Shown here: in pieces, positions 46,047 through 57,661 of the stretch
Layout of the letters: each line of letters opens with the position of its first letter
Position numbering within the stretch: position 1 is the first letter of the stretch
Assembly: GCA_963833985.1 (NCBI GenBank)
Contig: CAWIAD010000002.1
Location: 3,424,001-3,488,000, forward strand
Source of the DNA: an uncultured Planctomycetaceae bacterium
GTDB taxonomy: Bacteria; Planctomycetota; Planctomycetia; Isosphaerales; Isosphaeraceae
Length of the DNA: 64,000 nt
Direction of reading: 5' to 3'
The notes under the pieces: model-generated
The model's database searches: none
Told to the model about the DNA's origin: nothing
What the model saw: only the letters and a program-made list of their open reading frames with translations
Program-made: the position numbers and the translations under genes

Positions 46047-47279
46047 CTAGCGGGTTCCCTTGCGGATGGCCTCCATGGGCAAGAGCCCTGAAGCGTGCCA
46101 GGCCGGGTAGAGCCCGCCGGTCACGCCCATCACCAGGGCCAGGCCGATTCCGAGGAGCAGGTGCAATGGTCTCGCCTCGAGCTGCAACCCGTTCAGGAAC
46201 TGGTTCACGAGCGTCACGCCGGCGATTGCCAGCAGGCATCCCAGCGCGCCAGAGAGCAAGCCCAGGTAGCTGCTTTCCACGAGCACGAGATGGAGCACGT
46301 TCTTCCGCTTCCAGCCGTTGGTCCGGAGGATGCCGAACTCGACGTACCGCTCCATCGTGCTCATGAGCATGGTGTTGATGATGCCGATGCAACCGACGAG
46401 CATCGCCAGGCTGATCACCATGAGCAGGAAAACGTCGAGCTGGTTCATGGTCTGGGTGATATTCACCGCCATGTCGGAGGTGGTGCGGGCCTCTGCCTCC
46501 GGGACGGCCCGGTCGACGGCCGCGATCACCGCTTGTTGCTGCGCTGGGTCTTCCGGCTCGATGAGGAACGCAGAGACCGTCTCGTCCTTGACCCCGAGAA
46601 GTCGCCTGGCGGTGGAGATCTCCATCACAATGATCCGGTCGAGTACCAGGGAGCCGGTCTCGAAGAGCCCCACGATCTCGAACGTTTCATTGGCGATACG
46701 CAGCGAATCGCCAACCTTCCGGGGCTGACCGGGCGCCACGGGGAAATCCCCTGCGGTTTTCTTGCTGATGACGACGCGGTTCTTGCCCGTGTCGCCGGGA
46801 TCGAGAAACCGGCCTCCGCCCTGTTCCGGCGGGATCATGGCCGCGATCAGCGCGGTCTTTTGCAGGCTCAGATGCTGGGGAACGTCCATTCCCTCGATGA
46901 TCTGGGCGTCGAAGATGCCGAAGGACGACCGGGACCGCTGCCCTGAAACCAGGTTCATGGCCGAGCTGGCCAGGATGCTCTTGCCCTCGATGGGCGGGGC
47001 GATCTTCCAGACCTCCGGCGCCACGACGTGAACACCGGGAACCTGGCGGAGCGTTTCCGCCATGCGCGCGGGAAGGTCGCTGAAGATGGGCCCGGGGACG
47101 TTCGCCCGGATCACCAGCACGCCGTGCACCTGTCCCAGCGTGCCCTCCATCAAGTTGCGGATGCCCTGCGAGAGCCCCAGCAGCCCCAGCACACCGAAGA
47201 CGGGAATCGACAGGCCGACGATCGCCAGAACGGTTCGAGATGGCCGCGTCAGGAGATTTTGCCAGGCGAAGCGCCACAT
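46047..47279 (-). CDS. ABC transporter permease (MacB/FtsX type)
   Basis: One TM, periplasmic domain, then three TMs; INTMLMSTMER..EFGILR, GLYPAWHAS..PMEAIR. Confidence 0.9.
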   Translation of the reverse strand: MWRFAWQNLLTRPSRTVLAIVGLSIPVFGVLGLLGLSQGIRNLMEGTLGQVHGVLVIRANVPGPIFSDLPARMAETLRQVPGVHVVAPEVWKIAPPIEGKSILASSAMNLVSGQRSRSSFGIFDAQIIEGMDVPQHLSLQKTALIAAMIPPEQGGGRFLDPGDTGKNRVVISKKTAGDFPVAPGQPRKVGDSLRIANETFEIVGLFETGSLVLDRIIVMEISTARRLLGVKDETVSAFLIEPEDPAQQQAVIAAVDRAVPEAEARTTSDMAVNITQTMNQLDVFLLMVISLAMLVGCIGIINTMLMSTMERYVEFGILRTNGWKRKNVLHLVLVESSYLGLLSGALGCLLAIAGVTLVNQFLNGLQLEARPLHLLLGIGLALVMGVTGGLYPAWHASGLLPMEAIRKGTR

Positions 47280-47729
47280 GAAGGACCCCCGTGTTCGCAG
47301 GCGCAGACGGATAGCCGCGGCAGAAGGACCGCAAGCGGCTTCCCAGCGGCTACCAGTCGAAGCTGCAAGCGCTGCGCCAAATGAAGCAGCGCCTCGACAC
47401 TGACACCGGGAACGGACGGACCGGCCGGAAGCTGCGCCGAAGTGCCGCGCGCGGCGGGACCTCCACGGGCATTGCCAAGGCCGACGGGCAGAGCTTTTTG
47501 GTCCTCACCTTGACGCCTGGGAGCCCCGGCTCTACAACACGTTCCAGCATTGAGATGCGAGCACTGACGACGCCTTTAGTTCATGTTGCGCCGGCGGATA
47601 GGTTTAGTCCGCCCTGTTCCGGGCGGCCCGCTGGCGGTACAGGTCCGCGGGCCAATGACCTCGGGCGGTCGCCGAGCCTCACAATCGTAGCTTTTCCACC
47701 AGGACGCCTTTCGGCACATCTCCGGAGCC

Positions 47730-49349
47730 ATGAATCGAGTGAAACGGAAGCGGATCGTCATCATCGGGGCGGGGCCCGGCGGGCTGGCAAGCGCGATGCT
47801 TCTGGCCGGGGCCGGTTACGATGTCACCGTACTGGAGCGGCGTGGGCAGGTCGGCGGCCGCACCAGCACGATCGGGGGCGATGGTTTCCGGTTCGACCTC
47901 GGCCCCACGTTCTTCCTCTATCCGAGGGTGCTTGAATCCATCTTCGCGGCGGTCGGGCGGGACCTCCATGCCGAGGTCCCAATGGTCCGCCTGGACCCGC
48001 AATACCACCTCGTCTTCGGCGCTGGCGGCGAGCTCAAGGCCACCCCGGACCCGGCGCGGATGGAAGCCGCGATTGCCGCGATCTGCCCGCACGACGCCGG
48101 CGAGCTCCACAGGTTCATGGCTGATAACCGCGCCAAGATGAACGAATTCCGGCAGGTGCTCGAGTCGCCATTCCTGGGCTGGCGCGATCTGCTCTCCCCG
48201 CACCTCATGAAGGTGCTGCCGATGCTCCGCCCGTGGCTGTCACTCGACGGCGAGCTGCGGCGCTATTTTGACGATCCGCGCATCCGGCTGGCCATGACAT
48301 TCCAGTCCAAGTACCTGGGCATGTCACCCTTCAACTGTCCGAGTCTGTTCTCGATCCTCTCATTTCTCGAATACGAGTACGGCGTCTTCCATCCGCTGGG
48401 CGGCTGCGGCGTGGTCTCGACGGTCATGGCCCGGATCGCACGGGAGCTGGGTGCGACGATCTCGGTCGACGATGAAGTGCAGGAGATCCTCTTCCAGGGA
48501 CGGCGGGCGGTGGGGGTCCGCGCGCGATCGGGCTTGCACCCCGCCGATGCCCTGGTCATCAATGCGGACTTCGCCAGGGCCATGACGCGGCTGGTGCCGG
48601 ATCACCTGCGCCGCCGCTGGAGCAACCGGAATATCGCACGCAAGAAGTTCTCCTGCTCCACGTTCATGCTCTACCTGGGTGTGGAGGGCAGGTATGACGA
48701 TCTCGCGCACCACACCATCTATCTGGCGGAGGACTACCGTCAGAACCTGCTGGATATCGAGTCCCGCCACGTGCTCTCCAGCGATCCGTCGTTTTATGTC
48801 CAGAACGCTTGCGTGACCGATCCTTCGCTGGCCCCGGCCGGCAAGAGCACGCTCTACGTCCTGCTGCCTGTGACGCACCAGCATCCCAACGTGGACTGGT
48901 CCGTGGAAGCACCAAGGTTCCGCGCGCTGGCGCTTGCGCAACTGGCCAAGATAGGTGTGCATGGAGTCGAGACACGGATCGTTCACGAGCAGATGGTCAC
49001 CCCGGCTGACTGGGACCAGCAGTATGAGATCCACCGAGGAGCGACCTTCAACCTGGCCCACAGCCTGGCACAGATGCTCCACCTGAGACCACGAAACCGG
49101 TTCGAGGACCTGGATGGCGTGTACCTGGTGGGCGGAGGGACCCACCCCGGTAGCGGCCTGCCGGTCATCTACGAGTCGGCGCGGATCACCAGCCGGCTGC
49201 TGGGCAACGACCTGGGCATGCCCGTGCCGCTGGATGGGCCGCTCCATGCCTTGCCGGGCGACCGGCCGCGCAGGACGCCCGACGCGCGTGTGGAACAGTT
49301 GATCGAGACGACCGCCGCGCGTGTGGAGCAGTTGATCGAGGTGTCCTGA
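47730..49349 (+). CDS. Phytoene desaturase family protein (CrtI/CrtN-like)
   Basis: IIGAGPGGLA, FDLGPT, FQSKYLGMSP, YLVGGGTHPGSGLPVI. Confidence 0.9.
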   Translation: MNRVKRKRIVIIGAGPGGLASAMLLAGAGYDVTVLERRGQVGGRTSTIGGDGFRFDLGPTFFLYPRVLESIFAAVGRDLHAEVPMVRLDPQYHLVFGAGGELKATPDPARMEAAIAAICPHDAGELHRFMADNRAKMNEFRQVLESPFLGWRDLLSPHLMKVLPMLRPWLSLDGELRRYFDDPRIRLAMTFQSKYLGMSPFNCPSLFSILSFLEYEYGVFHPLGGCGVVSTVMARIARELGATISVDDEVQEILFQGRRAVGVRARSGLHPADALVINADFARAMTRLVPDHLRRRWSNRNIARKKFSCSTFMLYLGVEGRYDDLAHHTIYLAEDYRQNLLDIESRHVLSSDPSFYVQNACVTDPSLAPAGKSTLYVLLPVTHQHPNVDWSVEAPRFRALALAQLAKIGVHGVETRIVHEQMVTPADWDQQYEIHRGATFNLAHSLAQMLHLRPRNRFEDLDGVYLVGGGTHPGSGLPVIYESARITSRLLGNDLGMPVPLDGPLHALPGDRPRRTPDARVEQLIETTAARVEQLIEVS

Positions 49350-49601
49350 AGGCCGACCACAAGGTGCCAGGCCTTTGCATGCGGCGGGTTCTCCGCAACA
49401 ATCCATCTTATGGGTGAGGCGGGCCGGGTGAGCTTGGCTTGAAAGGGTCGAGTCAGGGACAGCGGCAGGCACGCAACACCTGGGGCGGTTTTCTGACGGT
49501 TGCAGGCAGTTTCTGAGTTTTGCAAGGGGGGGCAGTCTGCGATCCAGGTGAAAACCGCTCTGAGCTGAGACGTCGAGGGGCTGAAGAAGGGAAACGCGGT
49601 G

Positions 49602-51186
49602 ATGGCGAAATCGAGATCGAGGCGGGTGGGAGTGATCGGCGGCGGCCTGGGAGGCCTTGCCTCGGCGTGCACGCTGGCGGCGCGGGGCTACGAGGTCGTG
49701 CTCTTCGAGCGGAACGAGTGGCTGGGCGGTAAGGCCGCGGTCCTCTCGGAAGGTGGTTACCGCTTCGACATGGGGCCCACCATCCTGCTCATGCCCTCGG
49801 TCCTCGAGCGCATCTTCTGCGAGGCCGGACGTGAGCTTGCCGATGAGCTCGACCTGGTTCGCCTCGATCCCCAGTGGCGGTCATTCTTCCCGGACGGCTC
49901 GGTGCTCGACCTCCACGCCGCAACCGAGCCCATGTGCGCCGCGATCGACGCCCTGGCACCCGGAGGCAACGATGCCAGGGGTTATCGGCGTTTTCTCGAC
50001 CTGTCGGCGCGGCTGGATGAGATCTCGCAGCGTTACTATTTCTGGCGCTCGATCGGCTCGGTCGCCGACATGTTCGATCCATCGACCGCGGCGAGCCTCT
50101 CGACCCTGGGCGACGTCGTGAGGATGCGTCCCTGGAGTACGGTCGGCGCGACCATCCGCAGCTTCGTCCGCGACCCGCGCCTGGCCCAGATGCTCGACCA
50201 CTTCACGCAGTATGTCGGCTCGGCGCCGGACCTGTCGCCGGCGGTGCTGTGCGGCATTGCCCACATGCAAACCGGCGAAGGGGTCTGGTATCCCAGGGGC
50301 GGTACCCGGGCCGTCGCCGAAGCGCTGGTCAGGCTCGCCGGCGAGCTTGGTGTCGAGCTGCATTGCGGGACCGGCGTGCGGTCGATCAACATCGATGCGG
50401 ACGCGGGAGTGGCGGGGATCACGCTCGACGATGGCCGGCAGGTCCCGCTGGCAGCCGTCGTCTCCAACGGCGATTCCGTACGCACGCATCGAGAGCTGCT
50501 CGAGGGCACCGCTGCCGCACGTCGGTTCGAGAAACGTCGCCGCTATGAGCCGGCCTGTTCCGGAGTGGTCCTCTACCTGGGGCTTGATCGGCGTTACGAT
50601 CAACTCCTGCACCACAACTTCGTCTTCTCGCGTGATCCTCACGCGGAGTTCGATTCGATCTACCGCAAGGGAGAGCCGGCGCCCGATCCCACCTGCTACC
50701 TGTGCGCTCCGGCCGCCACCGAGCCGGGGGTGGCACCGCAGGGCGGCGAGGCTCTGTATGTCCTGGTCCACACTCCCTACCTGCGGGCAGGACACGACTG
50801 GAAGCGGCTCTATCCGAGCTATCGGCAGGTCATCCTGGACAAGCTGAAGACAACCGCGGGCATGGAAGATATCGAGGACCGTATCCGGCTCGAGGCGCTG
50901 GCTGACCCCGGAGGACATCGACCAGCGCTACCATGTGCTCGACGGCGCCATTTACGGGCTCGCCAGCCATGGCCGCTTCGGGGGCGCTTTCAAGCCTTCC
51001 AACCGCAGCCCCGACGTCCCGCGACTCTACCTGGCCGGCGGCGCGGCCCACCCGGGACCGGGGATGCCCATGGTGTTGATGTCCGGTTGGATCGCCGCGG
51101 ACTCCTTGCACCGGGACGGGCTGGTCGCGCCGGCTCGCGAGCGGCTGGCCCACGCTGCGGCCGCATCGAGCACCAACGGATCATGA
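49602..51186 (+). CDS. Second CrtI-family enzyme, CrtP/CrtNb-like diapocarotenoid oxidase (frameshift near 50905)
   Basis: IGGGLGGL, FDMGPTIL, QMLDHFTQYVGS, GAIYGLASHG, HPGPGMPMVLMSG. Confidence 0.8.
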
Positions 51187-51234
51187 TCATGACTTACCAA
51201 ACGGCGTGAGACGCACCGCGCCGCGGACCCGGCA

Positions 51235-52146
51235 ATGGTTTTCGGCATGAATCATGTCACGATGGGACATCTGGAACCGGCCGCACGAACGCACACCGTC
51301 CGTTCCCCGGACGGTCTTCGTCCACGGCGGTCGCCATGGCTTTTCCATCTTTTCCGCAAATACAGCCGGCGATACGTGCGGCGCCATTTCCATGCCTTGC
51401 GGCTGTCCCGGAGCGGTCCATCGCCAGGGGGCCTGCCCGGTCCCGTGATCGTGGTTGTGAATCATCCGTCCTGGTGGGATCCGCTTGTCGGACTGGTCCT
51501 CACGGAGCTCTTCCCCGCGGACGTGTGCCATTACGTGCCCATGGAATCCGCCGGATTGAAACAGTATCCGTTTCTCGAGCGGCTCGGGTTCTTCGGAGTG
51601 GAGGCCGGGACCGCGCATGGCGCACGCGCCTTTCTGCAACAGGCGCTGGCCGTCCTGTCGGACCCGTCCTCGGTCCTCTGGATCACGCCCCAGGGAGAGT
51701 TCGTGGATCCCCGGGCCCGCCCCTTGCGGCTCAAGCCGGGCATCGGGCATCTGGTGTGCCGGCTCTGCCCCGTCACCATCGTACCGCTGGCGCTCGAGTA
51801 TCCGTTCTGGAACGATCGCTGCCCGGAGGCCCTGGCGTGCTTCGGCCCGCCGACGATCGTGACGGCCGCGAGCGGCGAGACGCCGCAAGGGTGGACTGCA
51901 CGAATCGCCCAGGCCCTGGAGCACACGCAGGATCGGCTTGCCATCGAGGCCGGTTGCCGCGACCCCGGCGCCTTCGTGACGGTGCTCCGTGGCACGTCGG
52001 GCGTGGGTGGAATCTACGACGCCTGGCGCCGGCTCCGCACCGCGATGCGGGGCGAACGGTTCGACGTCGATCATCAACTCGCCAGTCGAAGCGGTGCCAG
52101 GGCCGGCGGGCCGCTCGGCGAGGGCGGCAACGCGGACACGGCCTGA
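51235..52146 (+). CDS. PlsC-type acyltransferase, probable carotenoid glycoside acyltransferase
   Basis: NHPSWWD (HX4D) and WITPQG motifs; inside the crt cluster. Confidence 0.8.
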   Translation: MVFGMNHVTMGHLEPAARTHTVRSPDGLRPRRSPWLFHLFRKYSRRYVRRHFHALRLSRSGPSPGGLPGPVIVVVNHPSWWDPLVGLVLTELFPADVCHYVPMESAGLKQYPFLERLGFFGVEAGTAHGARAFLQQALAVLSDPSSVLWITPQGEFVDPRARPLRLKPGIGHLVCRLCPVTIVPLALEYPFWNDRCPEALACFGPPTIVTAASGETPQGWTARIAQALEHTQDRLAIEAGCRDPGAFVTVLRGTSGVGGIYDAWRRLRTAMRGERFDVDHQLASRSGARAGGPLGEGGNADTA

Positions 52147-52183
52147 GCGAACCACCTCCCTTCACCTTCGAGCCGGCTTCACC

Positions 52184-53376
52184 ATGCTTGTGCCTCTGGT
52201 TGTGGTTTCATTCCTGTGTGCCCTGGTCCCCGCACTGCTGTTTCGGGCCAATCTCAAAGCCTACGCGCCACCCCCGATTCCCGCCGACCAGGATGAGGAT
52301 CCGCCGTCGATCTCGGTGCTCATCCCCGCGCGGAATGAGGAAAAGTCGATCGCGCGGTGCGTGCGGTCGACCCTCGCCAGTACGGGAGTCAGGCTCGAGG
52401 TTGTCGTCCTGGACGACGGATCGGAAGATCGAACCGCCGCGCTGGTCAGGGAAATCGCCAGCGGCGACGGCCGGGTTCGTCTGGTCTCCGCGCCGGAGCT
52501 GCCGGCAGGATGGTGCGGCAAGCAGCACGCCTGCTGGATCCTGGCGCGCGAGGCTCGTCACCCCTGGCTGGTGTTCCTCGACGCCGACGTGAGGCTGACG
52601 CCCGACGCGCTGGTGCGGATGCACGCCTTCCTCTGGACCACCGGCGCTGGGCTGGCAAGCGGCATACCGCGTCAGGAAACCGGCGCCTTCCTGGAAAAGC
52701 TGCTCATCCCTCTGATCCATTTCATCCTCCTCGGGTTCCTGCCCATGCGCCGGATGAGGCGGAGCCTCGACCCGCGGTTCGCCGCCGGTTGCGGCCAGCT
52801 CTTCATGGCCAGGGCCGAGGACTATCACAGATCCGGCGGCCATTCGATGATCCCCACGACACTGCACGACGGGCTGAAGCTCCCTCGCGTCTTTGCGCGG
52901 CCGGTTACAGGACCGACCTCTTCGACGCGACCGGGCTGGCTGCCTGCCGGATGTACCGCACGGGTGGAGAAGTCTGGTTCGGGCTCGCCAAGAATGCCGG
53001 CGAGGCCCTGGCCGCTCCGGCGATGATCGTCCCCATGACGCTATTCCTGCTCATGGGCCAGGTCTTCCCCGTGATCCTGCTTGGGGCCGGGCTCTGCTCG
53101 TGGCCCGCACCATGGCCTGCCTGGGAATTGCTGACGGCCCTGGCGGCGGTGGCTTGCAGTTATTATCCTCGGCTGGCCGCGGCCCGGCGGTTCCACCTGC
53201 CGCTCTCTGGAGCCATACTTCATCCCCTGGGAACCCTGGTGCTCCTGGCAATCCAGTGGTTCGCGTTCACGCTGAACGCGCTGGGGCGGCCGTCACGGTG
53301 GAAGGGAAGGGCCTACCAGACACCAGGCCGCGCCGCGGCCCCCTTCGCTGAGCGTGAGATCAAGGTCTCCGCCTGA
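52184..53376 (+). CDS. GT2 glycosyltransferase, CrtQ/CruC-like (frameshift near 52900)
   Basis: SVLIPARNEE, DDGSED, GWCGKQHAC, FLDAD, CRMY. Confidence 0.85.
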
Positions 53377-53448
53377 CCGGCATGCCCAGGCGCAAGACTG
53401 TGCGGAGGCGTCCACCCGGCGCTGGCGATGCAGAGAGCCGCCAAGAAC

Positions 53449-54508
53449 ATGAGCAACAGGCTGACGGTCGTCACGGGTGGCGCGGGGTTCATCGGCAGCC
53501 ACCTGGTGAGCATGCTGGTCGAATCTGGCCACCAGGTGCGCGTGGTAGAGCGTCCCGGCGCCGAGGTCCGCCATTTACCCGCATCGGTCGAGGTCGTCTT
53601 CGCGGACATCCGCGAACGCAAGACACTGGTCGCCGCCATGACCGGTGCGCGTCTGGTCTACCACCTGGCGGCCAATCCCAATCTCTGGGTAAGGGACCGG
53701 AGCGACTTCGAAGCGGTGAACCATCTGGGAACCGTGCACGTGCTCGAGACAGCGCTCGCGGCCGGCGCTGAACGCGTCCTGCATACGAGCACCGAGAGCA
53801 TCCTCACGCGGGCGAACGTGGAGGGAACCGTTGATGAGGATGTCCAGATCTCGGAGGCCGATGTCGTTGGCCCCTATTGCCTGTCCAAGCTGAGGGCCGA
53901 GGCTGCCGCAATGAAGCTGGCGCAGCAAGGGCGCCCTGTCGTGATTGCCAACCCCACCATGCCCGTCGGGCCCGGTGATCGCGGCCTCTCGCCCCCGACC
54001 CGGCTCATCAGCGACTTCTGCCGCGGCCGCCTGCCCGCGCTCATGGACTGCACGCTGAACCTGGTGGATGTGCGGGACGTGGCACATGGGCTGATGCGCG
54101 TTTTCGAGCGGGGAGTGCCCGGCCGGCGCTACCTGCTGAGCGGCGAAAACCTCACACTGGCCGGTCTGCTGACCCTGGTATCAAATTCGTGTAGCGTGCC
54201 CGTGCCGCGCTGGCGCGTGCCGTACGCGGCCGGCCTGGCCGTTGCTTACCTGAGCGAATTGTGGGCAGACCGCGTCAGCGGCCAGTGCCCCAGGGCGACG
54301 GTGACCGGCGTCCGCCTCGCGCCGGATCATGCACTTCGATGCGTCGCGCACCCGCGCGGAACTGGGGCTCTGCCCGCGGCCGGTTGCGAGCGCGGTTGCC
54401 GATGCCGTCTCGTGGCTCAAGGAGACCGGGCACATCAGCATCCCCGGGAACACGAAAACCGCCACGGTGCTGGCGGACGACCGTCCTCTCTGGCAATCAT
54501 GGGAGTGA
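53449..54508 (+). CDS. NAD-dependent epimerase/dehydratase, HpnA-like (frameshift near 54320)
   Basis: TGGAGFIG, YHLAA, YCLSK, NPTMPVGPGD..PT, NLVDVRDVA; alternative frame MHFDASRTRAELG to the stop at 54508. Confidence 0.8.
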
Positions 54509-55135
54509 TACGAGCAACCCCCGATCCGCAGTCCGGGCACCGGCCCCGATCCGCGAATCCCACACCGCGACGGCACAAGCGCGTCCTGCCTGCCATGGCG
54601 GTTCGGGAACCGTCCGTAATGATTGGTTAACTCGCGTTCTGTCTGCTATGCTCTGTACCCTCTACGTTCTGAAAAAACGACACCGCGGGAGCTGGGAAAT
54701 CATGGCCAGGTCAAAGTAGTGATGCCCTGCTGTGGTACGGTCCGGCCCGCTGCATCGGAGCCGGGCCGCCGGGAGCCGTGGCGGCTGATACCGGCGCAGG
54801 CCGGCAACATGCAGCCAGAGCAGAGCCTCGGTCGCACTGAAACTCCTGTGGCATCACGCTCGAGCGCGCGATCAGGCTCTGCGCCGGCACGGAATCCTCT
54901 GCAAACCGCCGGCGGCTTCTGTCAGTTGCGAGGACGAAATGGTGATGATTCTCAGGGTTAGGCGATTCCCTTACGGTCTCCCCATATTATATTTCCAGAA
55001 GTAGGCTCCGTACCTCGGCCTTCGGTCATCCGGCGGGAAAGGTGACATAGTCATGCAGGAGGCCTGCCGGCAGCATGGTCAATTCTCTCCGAACACCTTC
55101 GAGGCCGGTGCCGGAGAGTCCTGCGAATTTAGTGT

Positions 55136-55165
55136 TTGAATCACCAGAGTTGTGTTGACTATAAT
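55136..55165 (+). promoter_or_regulatory. Probable sigma70 promoter for the FHA genes
   Basis: TTGAAT-18 nt-TATAAT about 70 nt upstream of ATG 55233. Confidence 0.55.
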
Positions 55166-55232
55166 GCGTTCAACCTGGCAGTTCGTCTAAGCCAAGAGTC
55201 TGCCACTGGTTTCGTCCACGGGACTTGCCTTC

Positions 55233-55838
55233 ATGACCGCACGACTGGTGGCCCTCGACGAAGGACCTGACATCGTGCTGGATCGAGCCATGGTCGTCGT
55301 TGGCCGGCATCCCGCCTGCGACGCCCGCCTCGATTCGCTTCGGGTCTCCCGGCATCATTGCTGTATGATGCAGGAGAGTGGCGACGTCGTGGTGCGTGAC
55401 CTGGGAAGCACCAACGGGATCCGGATCAACGGACAACGGGTCGAGATGGGAAGGTTAAGACCTGGAGACGAGCTATCTATAGCACATATCCGCTATCGGC
55501 TCGACAACGGACAGGCTCACGACCAGACCCTGGCCGAGCCCGGCGACCCGTTTCCTCTGCCGCCGGGCGGACTGCCGGGCGGACTGCCGGGGTCGGCCCC
55601 GCGTCCCAATCATCTCGGCCCGAAAATCGACGGTTTCCCACCGGACCAGCCACCGCTCGGACCCTTCCCGGCTGACGAGAAAGCGATGGCGGCCGCCGTG
55701 CGAAGGATGCTCCCGTCGGCTCTCGCGGACAAGTATCAGATCAAGGTCATCGTGCAGCTTCCCGAGGAAAAGCCGATCAACGGTGCAGTCCCCTTGCCGG
55801 CGCCCGAGTTACGGGCCTCGGAGAACGTGGCCGAATGA
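55233..55838 (+). CDS. FHA domain protein with Pro-rich tail
   Basis: VVGRHP, VSRHHC, DLGSTNG. Confidence 0.9.
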   Translation: MTARLVALDEGPDIVLDRAMVVVGRHPACDARLDSLRVSRHHCCMMQESGDVVVRDLGSTNGIRINGQRVEMGRLRPGDELSIAHIRYRLDNGQAHDQTLAEPGDPFPLPPGGLPGGLPGSAPRPNHLGPKIDGFPPDQPPLGPFPADEKAMAAAVRRMLPSALADKYQIKVIVQLPEEKPINGAVPLPAPELRASENVAE

Positions 55839-56274
55839 ATTACCAGCTCGTCCCCGCCGATCAGGGCGTCTCCCCGCCGATTCCCGTGCACCGTCCCGTC
55901 TTGCTCATCGGCCGCCATCCCGAATGCGACTTCCGGATCAACCTTCCCAAGATTTCCCGCCGCCATTGCTGCGTTGCCCTGGCCTACGATCGAATCCTGG
56001 TGCGCGACCTGGGCAGCCACAACGGCGTGCGCGTGAACGGCGCACGGTGCAGGAAGCCATCCTGCACGCAGGTGACGAGGTCGCCATCGGCCCTCTCATC
56101 TACCGGCTGGTGGCCGAACCGGCCGCCCCATCTCCCCCCGCGAGCGGGGGTGCCCGTCCGGCGGCTGCCGGCAGGCCCGCCAGCCCCGTCAAGGCCGCGC
56201 CCGCTCCAGCAGTTGGCCCTGCGCAAGAATCCGAGGACAACGACGTCGACCTCGTCCCTCTGGACGATGATTGA
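55835..56274 (+). CDS. FHA domain protein (frameshift near 56048)
   Basis: LIGRHP, ISRRHC, DLGSHNG, then LHAGDEVAIG in the next frame; ATGA overlap with the upstream gene. Confidence 0.85.
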
Positions 56275-56533
56275 CTCACTCCGGCACGGAGCTTGCTATA
56301 ATTACTTTTGAGCGCCGAATGGTTCGGTGGTCCGCCGTACCGGGGCACGCTCGCGGATCTTGCGATTGAGCGCACTTAATCTCAGGACCAGCGGGCCGTA
56401 TGATTAGTCGATGTGGATCAACGACCTTTACCGGAGCTGGCCGGGTCTGCCCGGAACCGCCAGGTAACTCGGCCGCTGTGTCCGAGGTCCTCGAGCGCGG
56501 GTCACGATCGATCACATCCGAGGGAGTAATTCC

Positions 56534-57661
56534 ATGCACCGCAGGTTGACGTTGGCGTTCTGCATAACCGTCTCGCTGGTCGCGCTCTCGGGCCAGGCGC
56601 GGGCGCAGTGGGGTTATGGCTTCTATCCGTACGGTTATGGCGGCTTTGGATGGGGTGGCTGGGGCGGGACGGCACAGGGCAGCATTGCCCGGGGCCTTGG
56701 TTATTTCAACATGGGCGCCGGCATCTACAACCGGGAGACCGCGGTTGCCAGATCGATCAATACCGACACCATGATTCGCTGGAACCAGTACGTCTACAAC
56801 TCTCAGCTCGAGGCGACGCGGCACTACTTTGCCCGGCGTGACGCGCACCTGGCCCAGGACCGGGATGCGTACAACGCCCTGCTGAAGAGGCTCCAGGAGA
56901 CCCCGAACGCCCACGACGTGCAGAACGGCGACGCGCTGAACGCAGCGCTCGACCAGCTTTCCGATCCACGCATTGGCATCTCCGCCCTGCGTACGGCCGA
57001 CACGACCCTCTCTGCCCGGTCGATCCGCGAGATCCCCTTCCGCAACGCCTCGGAGGCCGTCACCTTCAGCCTGGCACAGCTCAAGAAGTCATCGGAGTGG
57101 CCGGCGGTCCTGCTGGAAACCCGGTTCGCCACCGAACGCAAGGAGTTCGAGGACACGGTCGACCAGATCAACAAGGAAAACAACGAGAGCGAGCAGATCT
57201 CGCCCAGGACGATCACCAGGCTGCGCAACGTCGCCGGCCAGCTCAAGAACAAGCTCGCCATCATGCCGCTGGACGACTCGGCCGAGAACCAGGAAGCTCT
57301 CAAGTTCGTGAAGACCGTGACCGCCCTGGCCCGACTGCTCGAAAAGCCCGAGATCGACGAGGTCCTCAACGAACTGAAGAAGATCGACAAGACCACCGTG
57401 GGTAACCTCCTGGCGTTCATGCAGACCTTCAACTTGCGGTTTGCTCCCGCGAGCACCGCGCGGCAGCGTGCCGCGTACAACGAGCTTTACCCGGTCCTGG
57501 CCCAGACCCGCGACCGCATCCTCGGCGAGGCCAAGCTGGACAACCCCTCGGACAAGGCAAACAAGGCGAAGGTGCATGACTTCTTCTCCGCCATGGACCT
57601 GGACCAGATCGAGGGCAAGAAGAAGCAAGCTCCCGCTCCTCCCGAGCCGCGCCAGCCGTGA
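56534..57661 (+). CDS. Exported hypothetical protein with Gly/Tyr/Trp-rich N-terminus and helical body
   Basis: Signal peptide ending ARA-Q; GAGGGAG RBS; strong codon bias. Confidence 0.75.
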   Translation: MHRRLTLAFCITVSLVALSGQARAQWGYGFYPYGYGGFGWGGWGGTAQGSIARGLGYFNMGAGIYNRETAVARSINTDTMIRWNQYVYNSQLEATRHYFARRDAHLAQDRDAYNALLKRLQETPNAHDVQNGDALNAALDQLSDPRIGISALRTADTTLSARSIREIPFRNASEAVTFSLAQLKKSSEWPAVLLETRFATERKEFEDTVDQINKENNESEQISPRTITRLRNVAGQLKNKLAIMPLDDSAENQEALKFVKTVTALARLLEKPEIDEVLNELKKIDKTTVGNLLAFMQTFNLRFAPASTARQRAAYNELYPVLAQTRDRILGEAKLDNPSDKANKAKVHDFFSAMDLDQIEGKKKQAPAPPEPRQP

